Shown in pieces: positions 52,437-64,000 of a stretch of 64,000 nt of DNA. The notes beneath the pieces are model-generated. The model ran no database searches, was not told where the DNA came from, and saw only the letters and a list, made by a program, of their open reading frames with translations. Each line of letters opens with the position of its first letter. The stretch's first letter is position 1. Source of the stretch: Octopus sinensis (taxonomy: Eukaryota); contig NC_042999.1 in NCBI RefSeq assembly GCF_006345805.1, positions 118,916,001 through 118,980,000 on the forward strand, read 5' to 3'. Both the position numbers and the translations under genes were made by a program.

Positions 52437-53309
52437 CATGATGTGATGGGTAAATTGTCAGCATTTTATATTTTTAATTTCACACAGGCACATTTTTTGT
52501 TTTTGATTTTGTCAACTACACAGTATAGTAGGGTCAGTTGGGCAACATCTGTGAGAAAAACTGCATCAGGATGCCATTCACTCTGCCATAAATTTGGAAA
52601 CAACATGCTGTATTGCTTGGCACTCATGTCGGAAGTTCCAATACAAACACTTTTAGTGTTTGCGTGTCAATCCGAGGACAGTGCAATCTGAGGACATGCA
52701 CCAAGAGTGATAGAAATCAAACATCCAGTCATGATGTTTGAAGTGATCACTAGTGATGGTGCCGTTATGCCTCAATTCCTCCTCCCACATGGCCTCAGAC
52801 TCTACACGGAGGCCTACATCAAGTGCCTGGAGATGGCAGTGCTGCCCTGAGTCAAGAAGGTGGCTGCTGGAAGACCCAATGTCTGGCAACAGGATTATGC
52901 ACTATGTCACACAAGTAGGAGGACCCAGTCATGGCTGTCAGACAATTTCTGTAACCACATCACCCCTAACATCTGACCATCTAACTCCCCAGACAGAAAT
53001 CCCCTAGATTATTATCTGTGGGGAGCACAGTTGAGTGAGAGACCAACAAAACTCATTGTAACACCAAAGATGAACTGAAAGTAAGGATTATAGCAGCATT
53101 CAGCAACTTAAACAAGGAGACCATCCAAAAGAGTTGCAGGAGATTCAAAAGTTGTCTTGAGGCCATGATTGAAGCCAATGGCGATTTTACTGAATAAATT
53201 TATTCTTTAGAATTTCAAGATAATTTTAGTAAATATATCTGTTAAAATGTGATGTCAACATTAGTATCATTTTTGCATAATTTAGACAACAGTATATTTA
53301 GCACACCGG
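52437..53309 (+). mobile_element. DD37D (maT-type) transposon remnant
   Basis: Reverse-complement homolog of 609-1648; VMMFEVITSDG...WQQDYALCHT...DYYLWG. Confidence 0.85.
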
Positions 53310-53311
53310 TT

Positions 53312-53368
<57 letters not shown>

Positions 53369-54042
53369 CTAATAAAAAGGGTTCAGCAAAGAATTGCCTC
53401 ACCACACACCAAAGTTCAGAAATAGCAGCAAAAATCTTAGCCATTTCTTCCACTTTAAAAAGGGTCTTCCAGAGAAACCAAAATACTTGAAGGTTATTCA
53501 CACAGGCAGAGAGTAAAGTAATGAAAATAAATCAATATCCGATCATCCATAGATGCGTGTTTCTGAATTAGGTCTTTACATAAAGAATATAAAAAAATAT
53601 ACTTTACTAACCATATTCTTCATCAGTATGGATTTTCTGTGATAATCAGAAGGTACTAGAACATTTGAACGAATCTTTCCATATATGTATATATATATAA
53701 TATAATATATTATATATATATATATATATATTATATATAATATATATATATCTATATATATATACACACATATATATATATATATATACACATTCTGCAG
53801 ATTAACAATATTACCATTGGTTTACTGCAAAATCAATGGTAGCATTTTTAATCCAGATATAAAAATATATTGTGTATCCACTAATTGAAGTTTCGAACAC
53901 TTATTCTCATTGTTTTCAACTGCCATACATACCTAAATATCTTTATCTATAGTTATCTGTCTCTTTATCTCTCTATCTGTCTATCCATCTATCTATCTAT
54001 CTATCTATCTATCTATATGTATATCTATATCTATATCTATCT

Positions 54043-54073
<31 letters not shown>

Positions 54074-54088
54074 TTATATAATATATAT

Positions 54089-54154
<66 letters not shown>

Positions 54155-54183
54155 ATATGTATGTATATATGTATGTATATATA

Positions 54184-54830
54184 CAGGGGTTGGACAAAAT
54201 AATGGAAACACCTTAAAATTTCAAACAAATTTATTTTAATATGGGGCAAGACTACCTTTGCTAGTGATCACAGCTTAAATTCTATGAGGTATGATCTCAA
54301 TCAAAGTTTCAATTGTTTCCAAAGGAATTTTTGTCCATTCTTCAGCTAAAACAGTCTCTAGTTCTTGCAGTGATAATGGTGGAGAATATCGACTCCTTAC
54401 TTGTTTTTCTAAAATGCACCATTAATGTTCAGTAATATTAAGATCTGGGGACTGTGGTGGCCAGATAAGATGTTCAACTTCACTAGAATGTTCCTTTAGC
54501 TGTGTGAATTGGTGCATTATTATCCTAAAAGACTGTGTTTCCCTCCGAAAACAGTTCCGCAACAATAGGATGAATTTGATCAGATAAAATGCTTAAAAGG
54601 TCTTGACTATTAATTCTCCCATGAAGGGAAACCATTAGGCTGGTGGATTTTTAAGATATAGCCCCCACCACTCAGATCATCACAGATCCTCCTCCATGTT
54701 TAACAGCTGAAAGAAGGCAGTCTGGGTCAAATGTTTCTTTTGGCTGTCTCAACACATATACTCAGCTGGTGGTTGGAAAGAAGGTAAGGATGACTTATCC
54801 GAGAAAATTACATTCTTCCACCTGATTGGC
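54184..54830 (-). mobile_element. Tc1 (DD34E) transposon 3' fragment
   Basis: TA|CAGGGGTTGGACAAAATAATGGAAACACC TIR; minus translation WKNVIFSD...DNAPIHTAK...WPPQSPDLNITE. Confidence 0.85.
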
Positions 54831-54966
54831 TCCCCGTGCTGGTAAAATGTAAAAGGCATTGTAGAAACACTGCCAGACCAGATTGGTGCCTGGTGTGGCC
54901 TCCTGGCTTGCCAGTCTCCTGTCAAACCATCCAACCAATGCTAGCATGGAAAACGGATGCTAAACA

Positions 54967-55000
<34 letters not shown>
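54830..55000 (+). mobile_element. RTE-LINE 3' end
   Basis: tgtagaaacactgccagacc...catccaaccaatgctagcatggaaaacggatgctaaac(gat)n. Confidence 0.8.
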
Positions 55001-55063
<63 letters not shown>

Positions 55064-55394
55064 TGTATGAATGTTTGTATGTATGTATGTATGTAGATAT
55101 GTATGTATGTTTGCAATACATATGTATATAATTATAGCAGTATCAAAGTGTTGGAGCAGGATGTAAAAGTTGCTGAAAGAGTTATATCTCAACTAATTAA
55201 GAGAGAGTTGGCTTACATATGGTGTAGTTTGGTTTTGTGCCAATGAGAAGCACTTCTGATATTCTCTTCCAAGTAAGGCAACCACAAGAGAAGCATTTCG
55301 CCAAAAATTAACTGTTGTACTTGAAATTTATCAAGAGAAATACTTTAAAAGAATCACTTGCTCCCTCTTCTGTGGCTGATGTAGAACCTAGAAT

Positions 55395-57065
55395 AAATGA
55401 ATACTTGGTGAGTACATTCCAAGCCATGTACAGATGTGCTGTCAGTAAGATATATGTTAGCAGTTAATATAACAATGAATTTAATGTGTCGGCAGGAGTT
55501 CCCCAGGGCTAATTTCTCAGTTCCCTCTTATTTCTTAGTCCAAATGGCTATGATAAAAGGGTCTAAGACTGGTTGCCTGTGGAAGCTTCTCTGTGACAAT
55601 AACCTCATACTTGTAGCTGAATCTATAGTAGAATTAGAGAAGAAATTCCAAGTGTGGAAGCAAAACCTGAAATCAAAGGCTTAGAGTTAACTCAGCAAAG
55701 ATCAAAGTCTTAGGAAAACAGACAAACTACTAATCTCTTCAGGGAAATGGTCTTCCACAATATATAAAACAAAAGATGTAGGTAGCAATTCCATTTGATG
55801 TACCCAATGCAAGTTATGGACACATAAGAGGTGCAATATAATCACAACAAGGTTAATAGAGAAAGTGGTCTTTGTGTGTGGCAGAGGCATAGGGAAAATA
55901 AACTCTAAGAACACACAGAAAGTAAATTTCCTTAACTCTTTCATTACCAACCCGACTGAAACCGGCCCTAGCTCTGAGTACAAATGTCTTGTTTACATAA
56001 GTTTGGAATTAAAATCTTTCACCAAACCTTAGTCACAAGTTATGTTCCTAACACTAGCTGAATGATAACTAAATTATTTTACTAAATTCTTTGTTATATT
56101 TAAAGTAACTGAAACAAATACAGAGCATTTCAAAATAAATACAGTAATGAACGGGCTAAATGCCTGTGGCAGTAGATAGTTTCTGTTACCTAGGCAAACT
56201 AATTAGCAGTAGAGGAAGTTGCTTTGACAGTATAGTTACTAGAATAAGAACTGGTTAGATAAAGTTCAGCGAGCTATTACCGCTGTCAACAACAAAAGGT
56301 TTCTCCCTCAGAGTGAACAGTAGATTGTATGATACACGTATATGAACAGCAATGCTGCATATTAGTGAAATGAGGACTGTGAATGCAGAGAACATGCTGA
56401 GGCTTAAAAGAAATGAAGCTAGCATGCTGTGCTGAATGTGCAATATCAGTGTGTATGTGCAACAAAGTGCAAAGGTGCTGAGAGAGAAAATTAGGCATGA
56501 GGCATTAGATGTAATGAGTAAATCTGTACTGGTAGGGTCATGTGATGCATATGGATGAGGACAGCATCATAGAAAAGTGCCAACAGTTAATTGTGGATAT
56601 GCAAACTGTGGAGGTAGGAGAGCCAAGAAGACATGGGATGAAACAGTGAAGGCTTCTTGTAACTTGAAGTTATGGCCTGATACATCTTTAACACTACCCT
56701 CCTTCTCTTCTGATTGGTGCTAGCATGTATTTCCACCACAGCAAGACACTTGTTACTGTCTTCCATCAAGCTTTAAGTCTCATCAATTGATATAAAGCCA
56801 ACCCCGCCCCAATACTACCTCTTCCCAAACTCAACTGTGGGGCCTTGTCTTGTGAGTTACCTGGTAATCTCATTATTGCCAGTACCATGTAAAAAGCTCC
56901 CAGCATGCTCTGTAGAGTGGTTGGCATTAGCAAGAGCATCCATTAGTAGAAACTTTGCCAAAGCAGACAATGGAAATTGATGCAGTACTCTAACTCATCA
57001 GCTCCAGTTAAACCATCCAACCTTTGCCAGCATAAAAAACCAGACATTAAATTATGATGATGATG
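55395..57065 (+). mobile_element. RTE-clade LINE, decayed 3' half, interrupted by a MITE
   Basis: KTGCLWKLLCDNNLILVAES..ELEKKFQVWKQNL.SK.LRVN, then GHVMHMDEDS...KKTWDETVK, then the (GAT)n tail. Confidence 0.75.
55936..56155. mobile_element. piggyBac-type MITE
   Basis: Colinear with 51737-51940; TTAA on the left, degraded CTAA on the right. Confidence 0.8.
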
Positions 57066-58089
57066 ATGATGACCATGATGACGACGACAACAACAACAAT
57101 AACGATGATAATGACAAGGATGGTTGTGATAGTGGTGATGGCAATGGCAACAGCGATGGTGGTGGTGGCAGTGGTGGTGATAGTGATAGTGATGACAACG
57201 ATGATGATGATGTATGTATATGTGTATTGATGTACACACAAACGCAATCATGCATGCACACATATTCAACACACGTGCACACATGCATGTACACACATAG
57301 TCACACATACACACTCACATTATTTCTTTTTGTCTTTGGATAACAATATTTACAATAAATTTTTCAAACAACTTTCTTAAACCCCCACTGGAATACATCC
57401 AAGAAACCAGAAGTGATTTCAGCATATCAACTGTCTTCCCAATAATTCCACCTTCACTAAGTACATTCAGTTATTGTTCAAGAAATAACAATTTTCAATC
57501 TTCAAAAGATTTTTAAGAATATAGGCAGCTTACATTAACAATTTATAACTGCTGGCAATCAATACAAAGACATTATATAATTTGGAAGTAGTTTCTTTAC
57601 ACAAGAGACATTTCATATTAATAGATGTGTATTTACAGTTACAAATCTCCTAAATGACTTCAACAAAATCTAAATTTTGAGAAGTAATAATATTTATTGA
57701 AGCATCATAACGATCTTATTAATAGTATATACATCAATGATAAAGAGAAAATTTCAGCTATTATTGAAATAGTTTACTGAGTTTACAATGTGTAAATGTA
57801 CATCATCCTGTTTTTCTTGAAGTAATTAATTCTTCATTGAGTAACTGAAGTTCCAAGAGAGTAGGAAAATTCTGTTTTTTCTGTAAATTAGAATTCATAT
57901 ACACCTATATATATACATATCAAAGAAATCAAAATCAGAGACAGTTGAGGGAACCACAAACAAAGAGTGTATACACACACACATATACACACACACACAT
58001 GTATTTATATATGTTTACATGCACACATATACATTTACATGTATGTATGTATATATATACCAATATGCATATCTCTCTCTCTCGCTATA

Positions 58090-58218
58090 TCATCATCATC
58101 ATCATCATCATCATCATCGTTTAACGTCCGCTTTCCATGCTAGCATGGGTTGGAACCGTCCAACCCATGCTAGCATGGAAAGCGGACATTAAACGATGAT
58201 GATGATGATGATGATGAT
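58090..58218. repeat. Hairpin of two inverted RTE 3' tails
   Basis: (cat)n cgtttaacgtccgctttccatgctagcatgggttgga-accg-tccaacccatgctagcatggaaagcggacattaaacg (atg)n. Confidence 0.95.
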
Positions 58219-58234
58219 ATAACTTTGATAACTT

Positions 58235-59480
58235 AGATTGGCTTCAGCCACTATTGGCCCAGGCCATACTAACTCAATAGCACCACCTGGAAAAGTCTTT
58301 TAGTTAATTATTTCAGGACACTATGGACCACTCGAGCAGAGAATTGTTATTGGTTGAGACATATCCATGTGTAGGTAGTTTATCCAGTTTTTCCTGGAGG
58401 AATTTGTCCAGGTACCATTTGAAAGTTGCGGGGTCTTTTTCTACATTAATTTCTTTTGGGATAACATTGAAAAGTATAGGACCATTTGCAGTGAAGAAAT
58501 TGTGTTGCAATGTTCTTATGTGATGTGATCTCAACCTTTGTAGGGGGACGCATTGCACAGGGACCTAGTTTTGGGTGAATTGTAAACATAATACCAATAT
58601 CATTTGGATAATAGTGGTGGAATATTTTTCCACATGGTGCAAATAATGTATTGCTCATGGCAGCGTTGCAGAGAATAGAGCTTCAGCTGTTTAAGTCGAG
58701 CCCAATAATCAAGTCCCGTCATGCCATTTATTTATTTATTTTGTAAATGACCTTTGTGGTACTTCAGTCCTCATTATGACTTGTTTTTTGTAGGGGGACC
58801 ACAATGGGCAGCAGTATTCTTGGTGGAGCCTAGTGAATGGGAAGAAGAGAAAGATGATGGTTTCTTGATCCCTAGACTAGAAAGTTCTGAGGATCAATGA
58901 GCACATTCTGTGGGCAACATCGATTTTTTTGTTGATGCGCACACACCAGCTAAGGTTGCTGTCAACAGTTACATCTAAGTCTCTGATATTATCTGACCGT
59001 TCAAGTAGGTCTCCTAACGGTAGTGTATATGGTTGTTTGAGTGTGCCCTCTCTTCTAAAGTGGATGAGCTCAAACTTTTTTCGTTCAACTGCATATGGTT
59101 TTTTTTGTGCCCACTGGGTTACTGCACATAAGTCCGACTGAAGCATTGTTCAATCATATGCTCCCTTAACGACTTTCTGGAGCTTAGAGTCATCTGAAAA
59201 TATTTTATGGTGCTATGTTCAATGGAATCTGCAATGTCATTGATATAGAGAATAAAAAGAAGTGGTCCCAGCAGAGTACTCTGTGGGACTCCGCTGATGA
59301 CTTTTGCTGGTCTTGAACAGATGCCATCAACCACAACATGCTGGGTCCTGTTTGCTGGGAAATACTTAATCCATTGAAGTAACTTTTCACTGACTCCAGT
59401 TTCTTTACCAGTATATTGTGATCGACTCTATCAAACGCCTTGCTGAAATCAAGGTACATGTCATCCAAGTTGGAGCCCTT
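58235..59480 (-). mobile_element. CR1/L2-group LINE, 5'-truncated RT region to 3' end
   Basis: YLDFSKAFDRVDH, SGVPQSTLLGPLLFILYIND, LQSDL, DLDVTVDSNLSW, NNNSLLEW; ctaagtt tail; frameshifted with an internal deletion. Confidence 0.88.
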
Positions 59481-59629
59481 TTGAAATTTTGAAATTTTTT
59501 GAAATTTTTTAGTTAATAGATAAGTAGATATTTTTATTCAAGAAATATTATTGTACTCTATATAGGTATTGATTGTTAAATATGAATTTATAATTTTTTA
59601 TTTGTTAATGATAATGAAGGTGGTGAAGC

Positions 59630-60740
59630 ACGACCTTCGAACTTTAGGTCTCACTAAGGAAATGTCTAGAGACCGAGACCTATGGAAGTATGCTGTGCGT
59701 GAGAAGACCCGGCAAGACTAGTCAGGCCATAACCCGTGGCCCCTACCTGCGATGTAGTCAGTCCTCCTGTGCATACCTTCCTTCTTTCTTCCTTCCTTCT
59801 TGTGACACTTATGAAGACCTGTTGAGGCAAGTGAAAATCAAATCAAAACAAATCAAAATAGATGAACATCAGTGGAATTGTATTCTTTGTGGTACCAGTG
59901 CCGGTGGCACACAAGAAAACCACCCAAACGTGGCCGTAGCCAGTACCGCATCGACTGGCCTCCGTGCTGTGGGCACAACAAACACCATCTGATCGTGGTC
60001 GTTCGCCAGCCTCATCTGGCACCTGTGTCGGTGGCACATACGACTGGCCTCTGTGATGTGGGCACATAACAAACACCATCCGATCGTGGCCGTTCGCCAG
60101 CCTCATCTGGCACCTGTGTCGGTGGCACATAAAAACACCATCCGAAGACCCGGCAAGACTAGTCAGGCCATAACCCGTGGCCCCTACCTGGGACGTAGTC
60201 AGTCCACCTGTGCATACCTTCCTTCTTGTGACACTTGTGAAGACCTGTTGAGGCAAGTGAAAATCAAAACAAATCAAAATAGATGAACATCAATGGAATT
60301 TGTATCTTTGTGGTACCAGTGCTGGTGGCACACAAGAAAATCATCCGAACGTGGCCGTAGCCAGTACCGCATAGACTGGCCTCCGTGCTTTGGGGACGTA
60401 ACAAACACCATCCGATCGTGGCCGTCTGCCAGCCTCATCTGGCACCTGTGTCGGTGGCACATAAAAACACCATCCGAGCGTGGCCGTCTGCCAGCCTCGT
60501 CTGGCACCTGTGTCGGTGGCACATAAAAACACCATCCGAGCGTGGCCGTTCGCCAGCCTCGTCTGGCACCTGTGTCGGTGGCACATAAAATCACCCACTA
60601 CACTCTCGGAGTGGTTGGCGTTAGGAAGGGCATCCAGCTGTAGAAACACTGCCAGATCTGACTGGCCTGGTGCAGCCTTCGGGCTCCCCAGACCCCAGCT
60701 GAACCGTCCAACCCATGCTAGCATGGAAAACGGACGCTAA

Positions 60741-60770
<30 letters not shown>
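59630..60770 (+). mobile_element. RTE-clade LINE 3' end with internal duplication
   Basis: HDLRTLGLTKEMSRDRDLWKYAVREKTRQD* followed by a long 3' UTR present twice (from ~59702 and ~60145), ~60-bp internal repeats and a (GAT)n tail. Confidence 0.85.
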
Positions 60771-60772
<2 letters not shown>

Positions 60773-61868
60773 TGATAATTTAGATATGTACATTTATTTA
60801 ATTATTATTTTATAATTATTATATCTGAACGCAAATTTCAAAATATTAGTTAGTTACTTTGGGATCTAGATCGTAAAAATGTTTTAATTTAACTAAAAGT
60901 TATTATTATATTTCTAGTCTTATTATATTTCTAGTACTATTACATTTAATAATAATAGTAATAATAAGTATTTTATAAAGATAAGTTATACGTTTTTACT
61001 TTATAATTTTTCAATTCTTATTTTATATTTCATAAATATTTTTGAAAGATATCTATAATATTTATGCAAGTAATAATGGGCTAATTTATTTATTGTTTAT
61101 ATGTTTATTGATTGAAAAAATATAGATTTTTAATTAAAATATTTGTTGATTATAATTTAGATACTTATTTTTATATATTTATTATTTTATAATTATTATA
61201 TATGCACTAAAATCTAAAAATATTAAGAGTGATTGTTTTGTAAAATAGTTTGGTAATTAGATATTAGAGTATAACTAGGTTAAAGATATTCTATAGTTTA
61301 TTAATGTTTTTTATTAAGCTAATTTATATCTTCACAATAAATGCATTTTTCTATCTATTTACTCTGTTTTTTTTTACCATAAATATTTAACATAAGAAAT
61401 GTATTATAGGCAACTGGTCCTAATGTTTTAAGTTTCAAATTTAGTTAATAGAGTTTCTTCTATAGGAAAAATAATTATCTTTTTTTTAAATAAATATTGT
61501 TCAACTCTATTTGCTTATTTATTTAACTATTATTATTAACCTGAAGAGTGACGATAATTTAAAATTGAATTGATTTTTCGATTAAATTTAAATTTAATTG
61601 TAATTCGAATTTAATTATAGCCACGAAAAATATGTGGTTTATTTTACTCATTATATATTAATAATTCATTTTTATACTTTTTTGATCTAGTTATATGTTT
61701 TATAAAAATATATTTTATTTTTTATTTATGATTTGGTTCATGTCTATCCTTGTTTGAATTGCATAATAGTGGGGTTTTTCTCTAATTTATATATTATATA
61801 TTTATATTGCGAAATTTGATTTAATACTAAACTGAATTTTTCCCTGTAAGTTTGGAGTTATACTCCCT
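60771..61868. other. Very AT-rich unexplained segment
   Basis: Spot counts give about 13-23% GC per 60-nt line; no microsatellite and no ORF of 60 aa or more. Confidence 0.6.
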
Positions 61869-62185
61869 AATATAATATCATCATCATCATCATCATCGTT
61901 TAGCGTCCGTTTTCCATGCTAGCATATATATATATATACACATATATATATGGAACAAAAACATAATAGTGGACAATAAAACATTCGAACAGATCGTGCA
62001 TGCTACTCCCCCTCCTTTTTATCAATATGATCTGTAATTGCTTACATCTTATTTAAAACTTCTCTGTACAGTTTATTTTGATTTTGCGATTGACAGTTAT
62101 TTCACACATTTACCTATATATATATATTTAAAGTGGACATCAAACGATGATGATGATGATGATGATATGTACGTATATATACATA

Positions 62186-62379
62186 TATATATATGGTCAT
62201 GATAGATCACTAGCCACTACACATTCTCTATTTTCTCTCTTTGTTTCTTTCTGTGTTCCTTTCTGTGGAAGAGCGTAGGCTCGAAACGTTAATGACATTT
62301 TCAATTTCCGAGTGTTATACTAATACATCTATTAGTTGTCTACACCACCTGTCTTCATCTTTTATTTTTTGTTAATTCT

Positions 62380-62385
<6 letters not shown>
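62186..62385 (+). mobile_element. Short repeat carrying a degenerate hammerhead-like motif
   Basis: CTGTGGA-A-GAGC gtag GCTC-GAAACGT at ~62263-62289; homologous to 32965-33140; flanked by (TA)n. Confidence 0.55.
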
Positions 62386-62424
<39 letters not shown>

Positions 62425-62425
<1 letters not shown>

Positions 62426-62610
62426 TCAAGGAATACCAGATGAGCCATCCATAATTGGATACAACTCACCCAACAAAAACTCACTACTTGAATGGACCAT
62501 AAACAAAACTTGACTTAAACAGGATTCAAATAATCCTATCATGTGGTGCTATTAAGTTAGACATGGCCTGGACCAATCTTTGGTCGAAACATATCTAAGT
62601 TCTAAGTTCT
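62425..62610 (+). mobile_element. CR1/L2-group LINE extreme 3' end
   Basis: QGIPDEP...NKNSLLEW then a 3' UTR with (ctaagtt)2 tail; related to 58235-58400. Confidence 0.7.
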
Positions 62611-64000
62611 ATATATATATCAGACAATGTGTGAAATCCTTGGTACAGTTACATATATTTGAAAATGGAAAAGAATGACTTCAGTATTAGTTCTAATTAA
62701 TTTAATATTCTAATAATATAAAATTTTACAGTTTGGTTCTTTGTTAACTTCAGTGGGAAGATTTTTTTTAAGATTCCTTGTTAACTTTTCTGGAGAACTT
62801 TCTAGCACACATCAAACTGATCTTCAGGTTGTGTTGTACTGTGTGATTCTATATATAAGAGATTTGGTTATATCTTGGGTGGGGGATTGAGGTTTGTTAA
62901 TGATAAGTGAGAGTGAAGGAGTGTTGATGAATCAGAAATGAAAGAAAATAGTGAATGGTAAAAACATGATAATTGATTGAGGGTGGAGTTGGGAGGTGGT
63001 GGTGTGTTTAAGGAGTGTTTTATGAAGGGCTTGTGAAAGTGTCCTCCTGTTGGTTCCATGTGAATAGTTGACCTTTGATGGAAAATATAATGGTCAGATG
63101 TTTTTCCAATTTTCTTATGACTGAATCAACTACCTTAATTTTATAAAGACAAGCTTCAGTAATTTTCAATGAAAATTTTCATAGAAAATTACTGAAGCTA
63201 CAATTACTAGAAATAATACAAATAAAAGCCCATATCTTGTTTTCTTTTTTTTTAAATACAAGGCACATTGGGAAATGTATATTCTAACATAATCCTAAAA
63301 AGGGCAGTATGGTTATGGCTGGAATGATTTTTGATCACTATTCTGGTTAGTTAAGAGAAGTGCACCTTTACATGGTAGTCTGACCTTACTATTTTGAAAA
63401 CGATAAAACATTGGGTTATGTAATCCAAGTAATGCAAGTATCAAGAAATCAATAAAACATCCATGGTTAGAATGTTATTAATCATAGATCTACTTGATCA
63501 AGGCTTTCCTAGTGCTAATCAACAACATCACCAACAGCAACAACAACAATACTCTGTGTACATTAACTTAGGAGTGTGTTTTTTTTTCTCTCATAATGAG
63601 AAAATGAAATGTTAGTAAAATTATCTCATCTGACAATCTGTACCAACAATCACTCATAAAAGTTTATAATTCAGCAATGATTTCATTTTTTAAGATAGCT
63701 ATTTATGTAATTATCAAATTTGATTTAGCTTAACTATAGAGATTTATGACAAACTTGTACGTGGCGAACTGGCAATAATCAGTAATTTCTATCAATATAT
63801 TGCATATATAAACTGTATAATTCACACATAAAATATTATTTATGAATGTTCTAAACAAATTTTCACTCAACGTTTTTCACTGTGATTTGTTTATCTGCAA
63901 ATTGGTTTATTTGTAATCAAAAGGAATACAAAAGACATTTTTTCACTTTCTAAATCAGAATCTTTACTCTTATCCCAAGCTAGAAATGAGTCATTGATAA

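Noticed and set aside
61540-61560. 12S rRNA-like gaagagtgacg suggesting a NUMT
   Set aside because: Only about 10 nt match; a second weak motif lies on the opposite strand; insufficient without a search.

Overview
This is AT-rich eukaryotic DNA, essentially intronic or intergenic and crowded with repeats. The repeat families ((CAT/GAT)n-tailed RTE 3' ends, tRNA/CORE-type SINEs, very dense TA/CA/TACA microsatellites) look like those of an Octopus-type cephalopod genome; that assignment is my inference from recognition, not a search. I can support no intact host protein-coding gene, rRNA, tRNA or CRISPR array. Most ORFs in the track are translations of microsatellites or decayed transposons. 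Recognisable elements: four DD37D (maT-type) transposon remnants, one mariner, one Tc1, one hAT/Charlie-Buster fragment, three piggyBac-type MITEs, Helitron pieces (Rep N-terminus, PIF1 helicase, non-autonomous copies), RTE, R4/Dong and CR1-group LINE fragments, Penelope-like fragments, many SINEs, and a solo LTR nested inside a DNA transposon. The most striking structures are: (1) a 2.76-kb palindrome (9087-11844) with an identical minimal type-I hammerhead ribozyme motif near each end; (2) three more fold-back elements between 12.3 and 16.4 kb; (3) a 17-copy array of a 56-bp hairpin-forming unit (46632-47576) that recurs with its flank about 2 kb downstream; (4) a two-tailed RTE-tail hairpin at 58090-58218. 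All coordinates were read by eye, and the ends of degenerate elements are approximate.
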